Shown here piece by piece: positions 9,659 through 18,090 of a stretch of DNA of 64,000 bases. The notes under the pieces were generated by a model that saw only the letters and a program-made list of their open reading frames with translations, did no database searches and was not told the origin of the DNA. Numbering within the stretch: the stretch's first letter is position 1; each line of letters starts with the position of its first letter. The DNA is taken from positions 2,304,001 through 2,368,000 of the forward strand of contig OY762825.2 of assembly GCA_963666425.2 (NCBI GenBank). Direction: 5' to 3'. Origin of the DNA: Bacillota bacterium. GTDB lineage: Bacteria; Bacillota; JAAYKD01. The translations under genes were made by a program, and so were the position numbers.

Positions 9659-10036
9659 ATGGAAAAAGAACGCTATGGTTTTATTATGTGCGTCTGCACA
9701 GGCAAGTGTCCCGGTTTTCGTGCTATGGATATCTGGGATTTTATCAATCAGGTACGGGTGGAATTGCCGGTTGAATATGCTTTTATTCATCCGCAGCTTT
9801 GCGAAGAGGATGGCGATCGCTTTTTAGCCGATTTTCTGCAAGCCAAGCGTAAGGTTGTGATTGCGGCCTGCGCACCCAATATGCAAAAGAAAATGTTCAA
9901 ACAAGCCTTCCTGCAAGCCGGGATGAATATGGAGACGGATTGTGTGATGCTGGATATCCGCGATATGACGAACGACAAAGCTTTTCAAAAGGTGAAAGAT
10001 GCCTTGAGCCAGCTTGGATTTGAGGAGGATCTGTAA
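9659..10036 (+). CDS. Small heterodisulfide reductase subunit A-like (N-terminal domain) Cys protein
   Basis: CVCTGKC, HPQLC, VVIAACAP, DIRD motifs resembling the HdrA N-terminal domain. Confidence 0.65.
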   Translation: MEKERYGFIMCVCTGKCPGFRAMDIWDFINQVRVELPVEYAFIHPQLCEEDGDRFLADFLQAKRKVVIAACAPNMQKKMFKQAFLQAGMNMETDCVMLDIRDMTNDKAFQKVKDALSQLGFEEDL

Positions 10037-10037
10037 A

Positions 10038-10331
10038 ATGAGCGAAAGCACATTTATGGGTGTGGAACGCAGTAAAATTGATTGGGCGCCGCGGATTGAC
10101 CCAACCAAATGCAATGACTGTATGGAATGTGATAAATTCTGTCCGCATCAGGTGTTTGCCGTGCGGGAAAATGCCAGCCCGAAACTGGTCGTGCAAAATC
10201 CTGAGAACTGTGTTGTTTTTTGCCGGGCTTGTTCCAAGACCTGTGGACCGGACGCGATCTCTTTTCCCGATAAAAAAGCGACGACAGCCGCCATCAAAGA
10301 ACTGCGCCAGGAGGATGAGAATCATGGCTAA
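10038..10331 (+). CDS. 2[4Fe-4S] dicluster ferredoxin
   Basis: CNDCMECDKFCP and CVVFCRACSKTCG motifs; GAGGAGG RBS. Confidence 0.88.
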   Translation: MSESTFMGVERSKIDWAPRIDPTKCNDCMECDKFCPHQVFAVRENASPKLVVQNPENCVVFCRACSKTCGPDAISFPDKKATTAAIKELRQEDENHG

Positions 10332-11187
10332 ATCGTTTGCGGTGCTGCCATGCAATGGCTTGGATAAATCTGCCGGGTCACTTGCGAGAGAAGTGGCTCT
10401 GCGGCTTTGTGAAACGGGAGAAAACGAACTGATTTGTCCTGTGTTTTATCGGGTCGCTGAGGCAAAGTACAACAAGCTAACAGAAGAAAAACCACTTTTG
10501 GTGATTGACGGCTGTGCAGTGCGCTGTGCCAGTAAATTGGCGGCGGAAAAAGGTTTAAAAATCAGTGAGAAGATCAGCATCAGTGAAGAAGCAAAAGTCA
10601 ATGGTCTGGAATTACCCGATCATCTGCGCTTAACGGCGGCAGAAATTGAATTTGCCCATCAGCTTGCAGAAAAAATCGGCAGGCAAGCAAGCGGCGCGCA
10701 GCCGGTAGCTGCTGAAGAGGCATTGCAATTCCCTGCTGAGCTGCATTTTCAGACTTATACCAAAGACAAGTTTATCTTTAAAATACCCGATAATGAGGGA
10801 TTCTATTTCAATGAGAATGATGTTTGGGTCTATGTGATTGGTGACAAAGCAAGACTCGGTGTGACTGACTTTGTGCAGCACAGTCTGGCTGATATCATTT
10901 ACTTTACCCCGCCTGTGCTTGGCAGCCATGTGGAGCAATTTGAGGAAGCCGGCAACATCGAATCCGGTAAAGCCGTTTTTGAAATCGTCAGTCCGGTCAG
11001 CGGTGTGGTTACAGCGGTCAACGAGGCGCTGCTGGACGCACCCGAACTGATCAATCAAAGCCCCTACGAAAAAGGCTGGATTCTGGAAATGAACTTAACG
11101 GCATTTTCCGAAGATCAAGACCTGCTGCACCAATTTGCAGGTTACTTTCCGGTATTGAAAAGAAAGGTGGATGAGTTTCATGTCTAA
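10324..11187 (+). CDS. DGC (putative zinc-binding) domain fused to glycine-cleavage H-like lipoyl carrier domain
   Basis: N-terminal PCNG..ICP..VIDGCAVRCA; C-terminal RLGVTDFVQHSLADI, IESGKAV (lipoyl-Lys position), SPVSG, INQSPYEKGW. Confidence 0.8.
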   Translation: MAKSFAVLPCNGLDKSAGSLAREVALRLCETGENELICPVFYRVAEAKYNKLTEEKPLLVIDGCAVRCASKLAAEKGLKISEKISISEEAKVNGLELPDHLRLTAAEIEFAHQLAEKIGRQASGAQPVAAEEALQFPAELHFQTYTKDKFIFKIPDNEGFYFNENDVWVYVIGDKARLGVTDFVQHSLADIIYFTPPVLGSHVEQFEEAGNIESGKAVFEIVSPVSGVVTAVNEALLDAPELINQSPYEKGWILEMNLTAFSEDQDLLHQFAGYFPVLKRKVDEFHV

Positions 11188-11581
11188 AGTAATTGTGGTA
11201 CCCTGCAGCGGGATCGGTAAGGTTTACGGCTTAATGGCAAGAGAAGCTGCCTTGGCTGTCACCGGGCATTTGGCAAAAGCCGACGCCGAAACGGTTTGTT
11301 TGGCGCATATTGTGACCGGAGACGAGGAAGTAAGGGCGAAAGTTTGCGGAAAAAACTGTATTTCAATTGATGGCTGCGCTGCCCTTTGCTCTTTTCATAG
11401 TCTGGAAGCTGCTGGCGGTATCGTGCAAGGCAAATTTCGTTCCGTGGATGAGATGCGAAATCATCGGGGCGCGAATCCCGGCACCGGCAGTGATCTGACG
11501 GAAGAGGGTTGGCAGATTACCGATGAATTGGCAGCCAAAATAGCGGCGCGAGTGGAAGCGATCCAGAAGGAGGCAGAGTAA
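11180..11581 (+). CDS. DGC domain (putative zinc-binding) protein
   Basis: PCSG, TVCL, SIDGCAALC motifs. Confidence 0.78.
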   Translation: MSKVIVVPCSGIGKVYGLMAREAALAVTGHLAKADAETVCLAHIVTGDEEVRAKVCGKNCISIDGCAALCSFHSLEAAGGIVQGKFRSVDEMRNHRGANPGTGSDLTEEGWQITDELAAKIAARVEAIQKEAE

Positions 11582-11983
11582 ATGGCGGATAAAGTTGGAG
11601 TTCTTGCCTGCAGCGGAGAAGAATACTTAGGTGGCACTTTAGCCAGGTTAGCGGTTCGTCAAGTGATGAGCAAACTGCGTCCGGGCCGGGTATCGACGCT
11701 TTGTCTGCCTTTGTATATCGCCGGCGGTGAGGAAGAACGTGAATTTGCCAAGAAGTATCCTTGTATTGCAGTAGATGCCTGCAGCAAATCGTGTGCAGAA
11801 CGCGCTACCGTCAAATACAGCGGTGCGGTGAAAGATGTCCTGTTGGTCTCCGATGTGATCGGAACGGAGGCGGCTCTCAGCAAAACTGTTTCCGCTCGGG
11901 ATTTAAAACCGGAACATTATGCGATGATGGAGAAAATCGCCGCCGCAATTGCTTTGAAAGTCGATGCGATTTTAGCAGAATAA
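11582..11983 (+). CDS. DGC domain (putative zinc-binding) protein
   Basis: ACSG, TLCL, AVDACSKSCA motifs; starts directly after the previous stop. Confidence 0.78.
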   Translation: MADKVGVLACSGEEYLGGTLARLAVRQVMSKLRPGRVSTLCLPLYIAGGEEEREFAKKYPCIAVDACSKSCAERATVKYSGAVKDVLLVSDVIGTEAALSKTVSARDLKPEHYAMMEKIAAAIALKVDAILAE

Positions 11984-11988
11984 AGAAA

Positions 11989-12037
11989 AAAAGAAGTCTT
12001 GGCAGCATTACAGCTTGGTTGCCAAGGCTTCTTTTGC
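11989..12037. terminator. Bidirectional intrinsic terminator
   Basis: AAAAGAAGTCTTGGCAGC...GTTGCCAAGGCTTCTTTT hairpin between convergent genes. Confidence 0.7.
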
Positions 12038-12055
12038 ATATTTGGTTTGATTTGC

Positions 12056-12769
12056 TTAGAATCGAAGCAAGTTGAGATACCATTGGATCAGATTGAGCAA
12101 CTGCGGCCGAAATAAAAGCCAAATCGCTGCTGCCAGACAAATATAAGGTCCTAAAGGACGGCTGTCGCCGATGTGCAGGCGCTTCAGCAGCATCAGAATC
12201 CCAAAAGTCAAACCGGCGAGCAGAAGCGTGGTGAGTAAGATAAACCCGACATCCGGCCAGCCGCAAAAAATAGCCAAAGCAGCCAGCAATTTGACATCCC
12301 CAAACCCAAGAGCTTCCTGATGACGCATAACAGACCAAAGACAGCCAACCAACCAGGGCAGGAGGGCTGCGATGGCGAGCCCGATGCCGGCGGCCCAGAG
12401 GGCAGCGGAGGTGTTGACGATCATCAGACGCAGGATACCTAACACCGCCAGACCGGTGCAGAATTGATCGGGAATGATACTAAAGCGGGCATCGGACAAA
12501 GCAATCATCCAAAGCAGCAGCAAGGCCAGCGTATTCAAAATCGGAAAAGTGATGCCCAAATAGACTTTTGCGATCAGTGCAGCCAGGGTAGCAAGCAGAA
12601 TGCAACTCAGCGGCAGCCAGGGCAGCCTTGGCCAGCGGATGGCTTTTTGCAGAGCCGCATGCGGTTCTTCACCGGTCTCCGCAAACCAGGCGGCCGGCAG
12701 CAGATTCATCAGATGGTAAGCCGCAAAGCCGCAGCCACCGCCCAAAACAGCAAAAATGAACTCCTTCAT
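12056..12769 (-). CDS. Prepilin peptidase (A24 family)
   Basis: Multi-TM; SDARFSIIPD and GFGDVKLL catalytic aspartate motifs, PLGPYI. Confidence 0.85.
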   Translation of the reverse strand: MKEFIFAVLGGGCGFAAYHLMNLLPAAWFAETGEEPHAALQKAIRWPRLPWLPLSCILLATLAALIAKVYLGITFPILNTLALLLLWMIALSDARFSIIPDQFCTGLAVLGILRLMIVNTSAALWAAGIGLAIAALLPWLVGCLWSVMRHQEALGFGDVKLLAALAIFCGWPDVGFILLTTLLLAGLTFGILMLLKRLHIGDSRPLGPYICLAAAIWLLFRPQLLNLIQWYLNLLRF

Positions 12770-12983
12770 GATTTAATCACCATTTCCTCTTGATCTCTTT
12801 TTTTTAGTATAGCAAAATTTTGTGGCAATGGCAAATTTTTTTGAGTGAGAATGCAATTACGCCGGAAATCTCGGCTGCATTGATAAATTCACGACGGAGA
12901 GTGCAGGTCTTTTCAGCCGCACAGGGAATTAAGGAAGTAAACAAGTTGACATGTTGCTGATGAGGAAAGGTGTGTATAGGAAG

Positions 12984-13214
12984 ATGTCAAGAAATCAATG
13001 GTTTATTTTGACTGTGGTATTTGTTTTCGTGCTTGTGGTTATCAGCAGCCCGGCTGCTGTGGTTGTGGCTGCAGTGAGTGCGGCGGAGAGTGTGGATGGC
13101 GGCAGCGGCGGCTTCCAGGCGATCGTGCAACGCTATTCTGCTTTTGCTCCCTTATTGGTCGGAATTGTGCTGATTGCGCTGCGGCGGAAATTTTTCCCCG
13201 GTAAACACGATTAG
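12984..13214 (+). CDS. Small hypothetical membrane protein
   Basis: Two hydrophobic segments and a basic C-terminus; purine-rich RBS. Confidence 0.5.
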   Translation: MSRNQWFILTVVFVFVLVVISSPAAVVVAAVSAAESVDGGSGGFQAIVQRYSAFAPLLVGIVLIALRRKFFPGKHD

Positions 13215-13398
13215 CAGGTAAAATAGACAGAACGCAGCTTGATTCCAGAATACTAGAGGCAATCTACCGGCAGTAGCCTGCAAGAATGACTTGAAGTTTT
13301 GTTTGTTTTATGATAAAATAAAGGCAATACAAATAAAAACGATAGAGTCATTCAGAACAGGAATGAAATCACAGCGATGCAACGAAGGAGCTGGTGGG

Positions 13399-14292
13399 AT
13401 GCCGGTCATTGTACGTGCCAGAGGAAAGATTAATTTTACGTTAGATGTCTTGGGAAGCAGAAGCGATGGTTATCATGAAGTATCGATGGTAATGCAAAGT
13501 ATTTCTCTGTACGATGTTCTCACCTTTCAAGCAGGCGATAAGCTGGAATTGATCTGGGATCCACGGGGATCGCGTCCTCCTGCTTTGGCGTTGGATGAAA
13601 GCAACGATATCCTGCGGGCCGCCCGTTACTTGAAAGAAGTGAGCGGATGTCCGCGGGGCGCTTCGATTTGGTTGGATAAGCGTTTACCGATTGCTTCCGG
13701 CCTGGGCAGCGGATCTGCGGATGGCGCCGCTACTTTAGTTGGTTTGAATCGATTATGGCAGACGGGTTACAGTCAAACGGATTTAATGAAAATGGCAGCG
13801 GACCTTGGTTCGGATATGCCATTTTGTATCATGGGTGGAACAGCGGTCGCCAGTGGCCGCGGCGAGCTTGTAGAACAGCTTCCCTTTGCGGGGACATGGC
13901 ATCTGGCCTTATTTAAACCGCCGCAAAGCATCTCGACGAAATTGGTTTACACCTCATTACAGCAGGATCATTTGCCGGCGCCGGTGACGGAATTATTGGT
14001 CCGCAGCTTACAGGTGGGTGATCAGCGTTCTCTACCGGATTACCTGAGCAATCATTTGGAGAGTGTCACTTTTTCCATGCTGCCGGAATTGCAGCAATTG
14101 AAGGAACGTTTGATGTTTGCCGGAGCTGAAAAAGCTTTGATGAGCGGCAGCGGACCGACCGTTTTTGCCATCACCAAAGACGCTGAATTGGCAGCAAAAT
14201 TAGTGGACGAGTTGACGCCGCCGGGTTGGTGGAGCGGAGTAGCCGAAACTGCCGAGCTGGGCGCCGAAATAGAGGAAGAACCGGAAGAATAG
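13399..14292 (+). CDS. ispE: 4-diphosphocytidyl-2-C-methyl-D-erythritol kinase
   Basis: GKINFTLDV..DGYHE, PIASGLGSGSAD, GSDMPF, MSGSGPTVF. Confidence 0.93.
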   Translation: MPVIVRARGKINFTLDVLGSRSDGYHEVSMVMQSISLYDVLTFQAGDKLELIWDPRGSRPPALALDESNDILRAARYLKEVSGCPRGASIWLDKRLPIASGLGSGSADGAATLVGLNRLWQTGYSQTDLMKMAADLGSDMPFCIMGGTAVASGRGELVEQLPFAGTWHLALFKPPQSISTKLVYTSLQQDHLPAPVTELLVRSLQVGDQRSLPDYLSNHLESVTFSMLPELQQLKERLMFAGAEKALMSGSGPTVFAITKDAELAAKLVDELTPPGWWSGVAETAELGAEIEEEPEE

Positions 14293-14439
14293 CGAAAAAG
14301 AGCATCGAGAGATGCTCTTTCTTTTTGTTCGGTTGGCAGTTCAGATCAAAACCATCCCAGTGCAGTCACTGGGATCTGCCGCAGTCCAATCGATGGGGCT
14401 AGCAAAATCAAATGAATCGAAGCGGAAAGAAGGTTCCTT

Positions 14440-15615
14440 ATGAAAGAAGAATTATTCCAGCAAATAGATCGGTCCGCCGATCAACTGATTGCGATGGCGA
14501 ATACCATTTTTGATCATCCCGAACTCGGTAATCAAGAAATCCTGGCCAGCACCCTCTTGTGCGATATGCTGCAGCAAAACGGTTTTACGGTTGAGAAAGG
14601 GGTAGGCGGTTTGCCGACCGCGTTTCGGGCCGTTTACCAAAACAAAGAAAACGGTCCCTCAATTGGGTTGCTGTGCGAATATGATGCGCTGGAAGGGTTG
14701 GGTCATGCCTGCGGCCATCATTTGCAGGGTCCCGCCATTCTGGGCTGCGCTGCAGCCATTAAGGAAAAATTAACAGAAATGCCTTACAAATTGGTTGTTT
14801 ACGGCACGCCTGCTGAAGAGACGACCAGCGGGAAAGTGACGATGCTGGCCAATGGTTGTTTTACAGATATTGATGTAGCTTTGATGCTGCATGCCAATCC
14901 CGGCACCACGGTTGACATCCGCTCTATGGCGCTGACGACGTTTACGGTAACGTTTCGTGGTGTCACAGCGCATGCCGCCGTCAAACCGGAAGCGGGCAGA
15001 AGCGCTTTGGATGCACTGCTGCTGGCTTTCCAGGGTATCGAATTTATGCGGGAACATGTGGCGGATGATGTGAGAATGCACTACACCGTAGTGGATGCCG
15101 GCGGGGCAGCCAACAGTGTACCGGCCAAAGCCGTTGGTCATTTTTATCTGCGCAGTTATCACCGCAGTCAATTGGATGATGTCATCCGACGTTTTGAGAA
15201 TGTGATGAAAGGTGCGGCCCTGATGACGGACACTACGGTCGAGATTCAAGCAGAAAAAGCCATTGACAGCAAGATTCCGGTCTATGCTTTGAACGACCTG
15301 ATCATGGCCAACGCCAGGCTGCTGCAGGCGCCGGATCTGTGTCCGCCGCGGGAGAAAACCGGTTCTACCGATTTTGGCAACGTCATGTACCGGGTTCCTG
15401 GCAGCTGCCTGCGCATGGGTTTTGTCAAACAAGGGACAGCTTCGCATTCGCAAGCCTATCTGGATGCGGGCAAAGGCGAAGCAGCTGTTACCGCTGTCCT
15501 GACAGGTGCAAAAATCCTGTCTGCTACGGCGTATGATTTGATTTGCGATGAAGAACTGATCAGCCGGGTCAAGACAGAATTTGCGGCAAATCAACGCGCA
15601 GAGGGAGGTTTTTAG
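14440..15615 (+). CDS. M20 family amidohydrolase
   Basis: HPELG, EYDAL, HACGHH, TPAEE, GSTDFGNV. Confidence 0.9.
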   Translation: MKEELFQQIDRSADQLIAMANTIFDHPELGNQEILASTLLCDMLQQNGFTVEKGVGGLPTAFRAVYQNKENGPSIGLLCEYDALEGLGHACGHHLQGPAILGCAAAIKEKLTEMPYKLVVYGTPAEETTSGKVTMLANGCFTDIDVALMLHANPGTTVDIRSMALTTFTVTFRGVTAHAAVKPEAGRSALDALLLAFQGIEFMREHVADDVRMHYTVVDAGGAANSVPAKAVGHFYLRSYHRSQLDDVIRRFENVMKGAALMTDTTVEIQAEKAIDSKIPVYALNDLIMANARLLQAPDLCPPREKTGSTDFGNVMYRVPGSCLRMGFVKQGTASHSQAYLDAGKGEAAVTAVLTGAKILSATAYDLICDEELISRVKTEFAANQRAEGGF

Positions 15616-15658
15616 CAACGGGATTGAGAAATCTTCTCTGCCGAAAGGCTTTCTTTCC

Positions 15659-15706
15659 TTGACTTTACGGACATTTCAGTTATAATCTAAGTTGAATGTT
15701 CGTAAT
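15659..15706 (+). promoter_or_regulatory. purR promoter with inverted PurBox-like pair
   Basis: TTGACT...TATAAT (15681-15686); TTTACGGACATTT and AATGTTCGTAAT (reverse complement ATTACGAACATT) resemble Bacillota PurBoxes. Confidence 0.6.
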
Positions 15707-15762
15707 CTAAACTATTCCATTGCTGCTGTCATCAACGGAGGATGGAAAGAAAGAGGGAGTCT

Positions 15763-16602
15763 ATGGAGCGGATTCGCAGGAACGATCGTATCGTTGCCAT
15801 CACCAAATATCTTATCGATCATCCCAGTCAATTGATCCCCCTCACGCAATTTACACAAACCTTGAATTCTGCCAAGTCCAGCATCAGCGAAGATCTGGCT
15901 ATTATCAAAGAAGCGTTCACCCAGTTGAATATGGGACGCATTGAAACGCAGACAGGAGCGACCGGCGGCGTGATTTATACGCCGGTGTTTACCTTTCAGG
16001 AGTCAATCAGTTTAGCAAAAACCCTCTGTACGATGATTAATGCGCCGGAACGCATCCTGCCCGGCGGGTTTCTATATTTGACTGATCTGATTGGCGATCC
16101 GGCTTTGATGCAGCAGATCGGCTTGTTTTTTGCGCAGCATTTTCGTCATTTGAAACCGGATCTGATTGCTACGGTCGAGACCAAAGGCATTCCCATTGGC
16201 TTGATGACCGCCCGGCAGTTGAATGTGCCGTTGGCGATCGTGCGCAGTGACAGCCGGATCAGCGAAGGCACCAGCATTGGCATCAGTTATATTTCCAACA
16301 GTCAGAAGCGGCTGGCTACCATGTCTCTGCCGCGGCGGGCTGTTAAACCGGGCGCAAAAGTTTTATTTCTGGATGATTTTCTGCGCGGCGGCGGTACTGC
16401 CAAAGGTATCCTGGACTTAATGCTGGAGTTTCAGGCGGAGTGCGTGGGCATGGGCTTCCTGGTCAGCGCAGGCGACAGTCAAAAATCAGTGCATGAATTC
16501 ACTTCGCTCTTAATTCTGGAAAATGTAGATTCCGAGCGCAAACAATTAGTGATTCGGCCCGGTGAATGGGCCGAAAAACAGCCAAACGATTTGTTTAATT
16601 GA
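15763..16602 (+). CDS. purR: Pur operon repressor
   Basis: RRNDRIV, SAKSSISED, GATGG, RILPGG, PRT motif LDDFLRGGGT. Confidence 0.93.
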   Translation: MERIRRNDRIVAITKYLIDHPSQLIPLTQFTQTLNSAKSSISEDLAIIKEAFTQLNMGRIETQTGATGGVIYTPVFTFQESISLAKTLCTMINAPERILPGGFLYLTDLIGDPALMQQIGLFFAQHFRHLKPDLIATVETKGIPIGLMTARQLNVPLAIVRSDSRISEGTSIGISYISNSQKRLATMSLPRRAVKPGAKVLFLDDFLRGGGTAKGILDLMLEFQAECVGMGFLVSAGDSQKSVHEFTSLLILENVDSERKQLVIRPGEWAEKQPNDLFN

Positions 16603-16786
16603 AAACTACCAAGAACTCTTGAAACAAAAAGTTGCTTTTTCTGTCAGAGTACGATATAATTTTCCAGTCATGGGTGCATTTGCATTCAGTGCTTTGGTAA
16701 TTTGAATTCACACGCTAGAATGCCGGACGGCAAGTCTGCGCTTGCCAAAGACATTAAAAAAAAACTCGTGAAAACGAAAGGGGTTT

Positions 16787-17434
16787 ATGATCATGGAAAG
16801 ACCGATTTTACAAGCGGAAATCAGAAAAGAACTCGGCAAGAATCATATTAAAGCCGTACGCAAAGCAGGCAAGATTCCTGCTATCGTTTATGGTGCAGAA
16901 GTTGCCAATGGTTCCATGGATGTCTCTTTGGACAACGCGGAATTCGATAGAGCAATCGCCAAGTATTCTGCCAATGGTTTATTTGATCTGGAAATCAACG
17001 GAGAAAAAAAGACGGTCTACGTCGCGGAAATTCAAAAACATCCCGTTCGCCGTACCTATACCCATGTTGATCTGCATCAGATTGAGATGAATGTAGTGCA
17101 GAGCTTTAAGATGCCGATTTCCTTTATCGGCAGCCCGGTTGGTGTTAAAAACGGCGGCATCTTTGAAATTCAAATCCATCAAATCGAAATTTCCTGCCTG
17201 CCTGCCGCCTTGCCGGATCGCATCGAAGTTGACATCACGAATCTCGGTATCAACGAAGTGGTTTATGCCAAAGACATCGTCCTGCCGGCCGATGTAACGC
17301 TGGACAACGACGAGATGATGGTGCTCGCGATTGTAAGTTCAATGGCCGAAGAAGCAGCTGCCGTCGAAACCGAAGCGACTGCCGAGCCGGAAATGATCAA
17401 GGAAAAGAAGACAGAAGAGAAGAAGCCTGAATAG
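16787..17434 (+). CDS. rplY: 50S ribosomal protein L25/general stress protein Ctc
   Basis: RKAGKIPAIVYG, QKHPV..HVD, GVKNGG, acidic tail; upstream of pth. Confidence 0.92.
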   Translation: MIMERPILQAEIRKELGKNHIKAVRKAGKIPAIVYGAEVANGSMDVSLDNAEFDRAIAKYSANGLFDLEINGEKKTVYVAEIQKHPVRRTYTHVDLHQIEMNVVQSFKMPISFIGSPVGVKNGGIFEIQIHQIEISCLPAALPDRIEVDITNLGINEVVYAKDIVLPADVTLDNDEMMVLAIVSSMAEEAAAVETEATAEPEMIKEKKTEEKKPE

Positions 17435-17472
17435 TGATCGGTTCGAAATAAGACGCAAAGGAACAATATGGT

Positions 17473-18051
17473 ATGGATCTGCTGGTTGGATTAGGAAATC
17501 CCGGCATTCAGTACACGCCTACCCGCCATAACTTTGGCTTTAAAGCTATTGAGCGGGTGGCTGGTGCGTACAAAATCACATTAAACGGTCATAAGAATAG
17601 TTCGATTTATGGAGAAGGGCTGATCGCCGGGAGAAAAGTGATTTTAGTCAAACCCCTCACCTTCATGAATGACAGCGGCCGTGCGGTTGGAGCCTGGCAG
17701 CGTTTTTATCAGCTGCCCCTGGAGAATATCTTAGTCATCTACGATGATATCGATCTGCCTTGCGGACGAATCCGCATCCGGCCGCAGGGGAGTGCCGGCG
17801 GACACAATGGCATCAAGTCTCTGATCGAGCATCTGCACGGCGATGACTTTCCCCGCATTCGTCTGGGCATCGGTCCTCAAACAACGGGAGTCGATTCAGC
17901 GGATTATGTTTTAAGCAGCTTTAAGCCAACAGAATGGGATACGGTGAACAGTGTTTTGGCTGTCATGCCCGACATTGTCGAGGTTTGGCTGAGCAAAGGA
18001 ACAGAAGCTGCCATGGCGCAGTTCAACGGTTTCAATGGCAAACAAAACTGA
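17473..18051 (+). CDS. pth: Peptidyl-tRNA hydrolase
   Basis: VGLGNPG..TRHN, KPLTFMN.SG, GGHNG. Confidence 0.96.
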   Translation: MDLLVGLGNPGIQYTPTRHNFGFKAIERVAGAYKITLNGHKNSSIYGEGLIAGRKVILVKPLTFMNDSGRAVGAWQRFYQLPLENILVIYDDIDLPCGRIRIRPQGSAGGHNGIKSLIEHLHGDDFPRIRLGIGPQTTGVDSADYVLSSFKPTEWDTVNSVLAVMPDIVEVWLSKGTEAAMAQFNGFNGKQN

Positions 18052-18090
18052 TAAAACAAGAAGCGGAATTTCCTCAAAGGAGGGCTTTTA

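Noticed and set aside
9659-11983. Selenocysteine (in-frame TGA) read-through in the Cys-rich ars-linked genes
   Set aside because: All motifs are complete with Cys codons and the ORFs end in TAA; no interrupted frames were seen
14770-15618. Long antisense ORFs (also 30037-30921, 42387-43190, 53441-54097)
   Set aside because: They are shadows of well-supported genes on the opposite strand, with no RBS or family motifs
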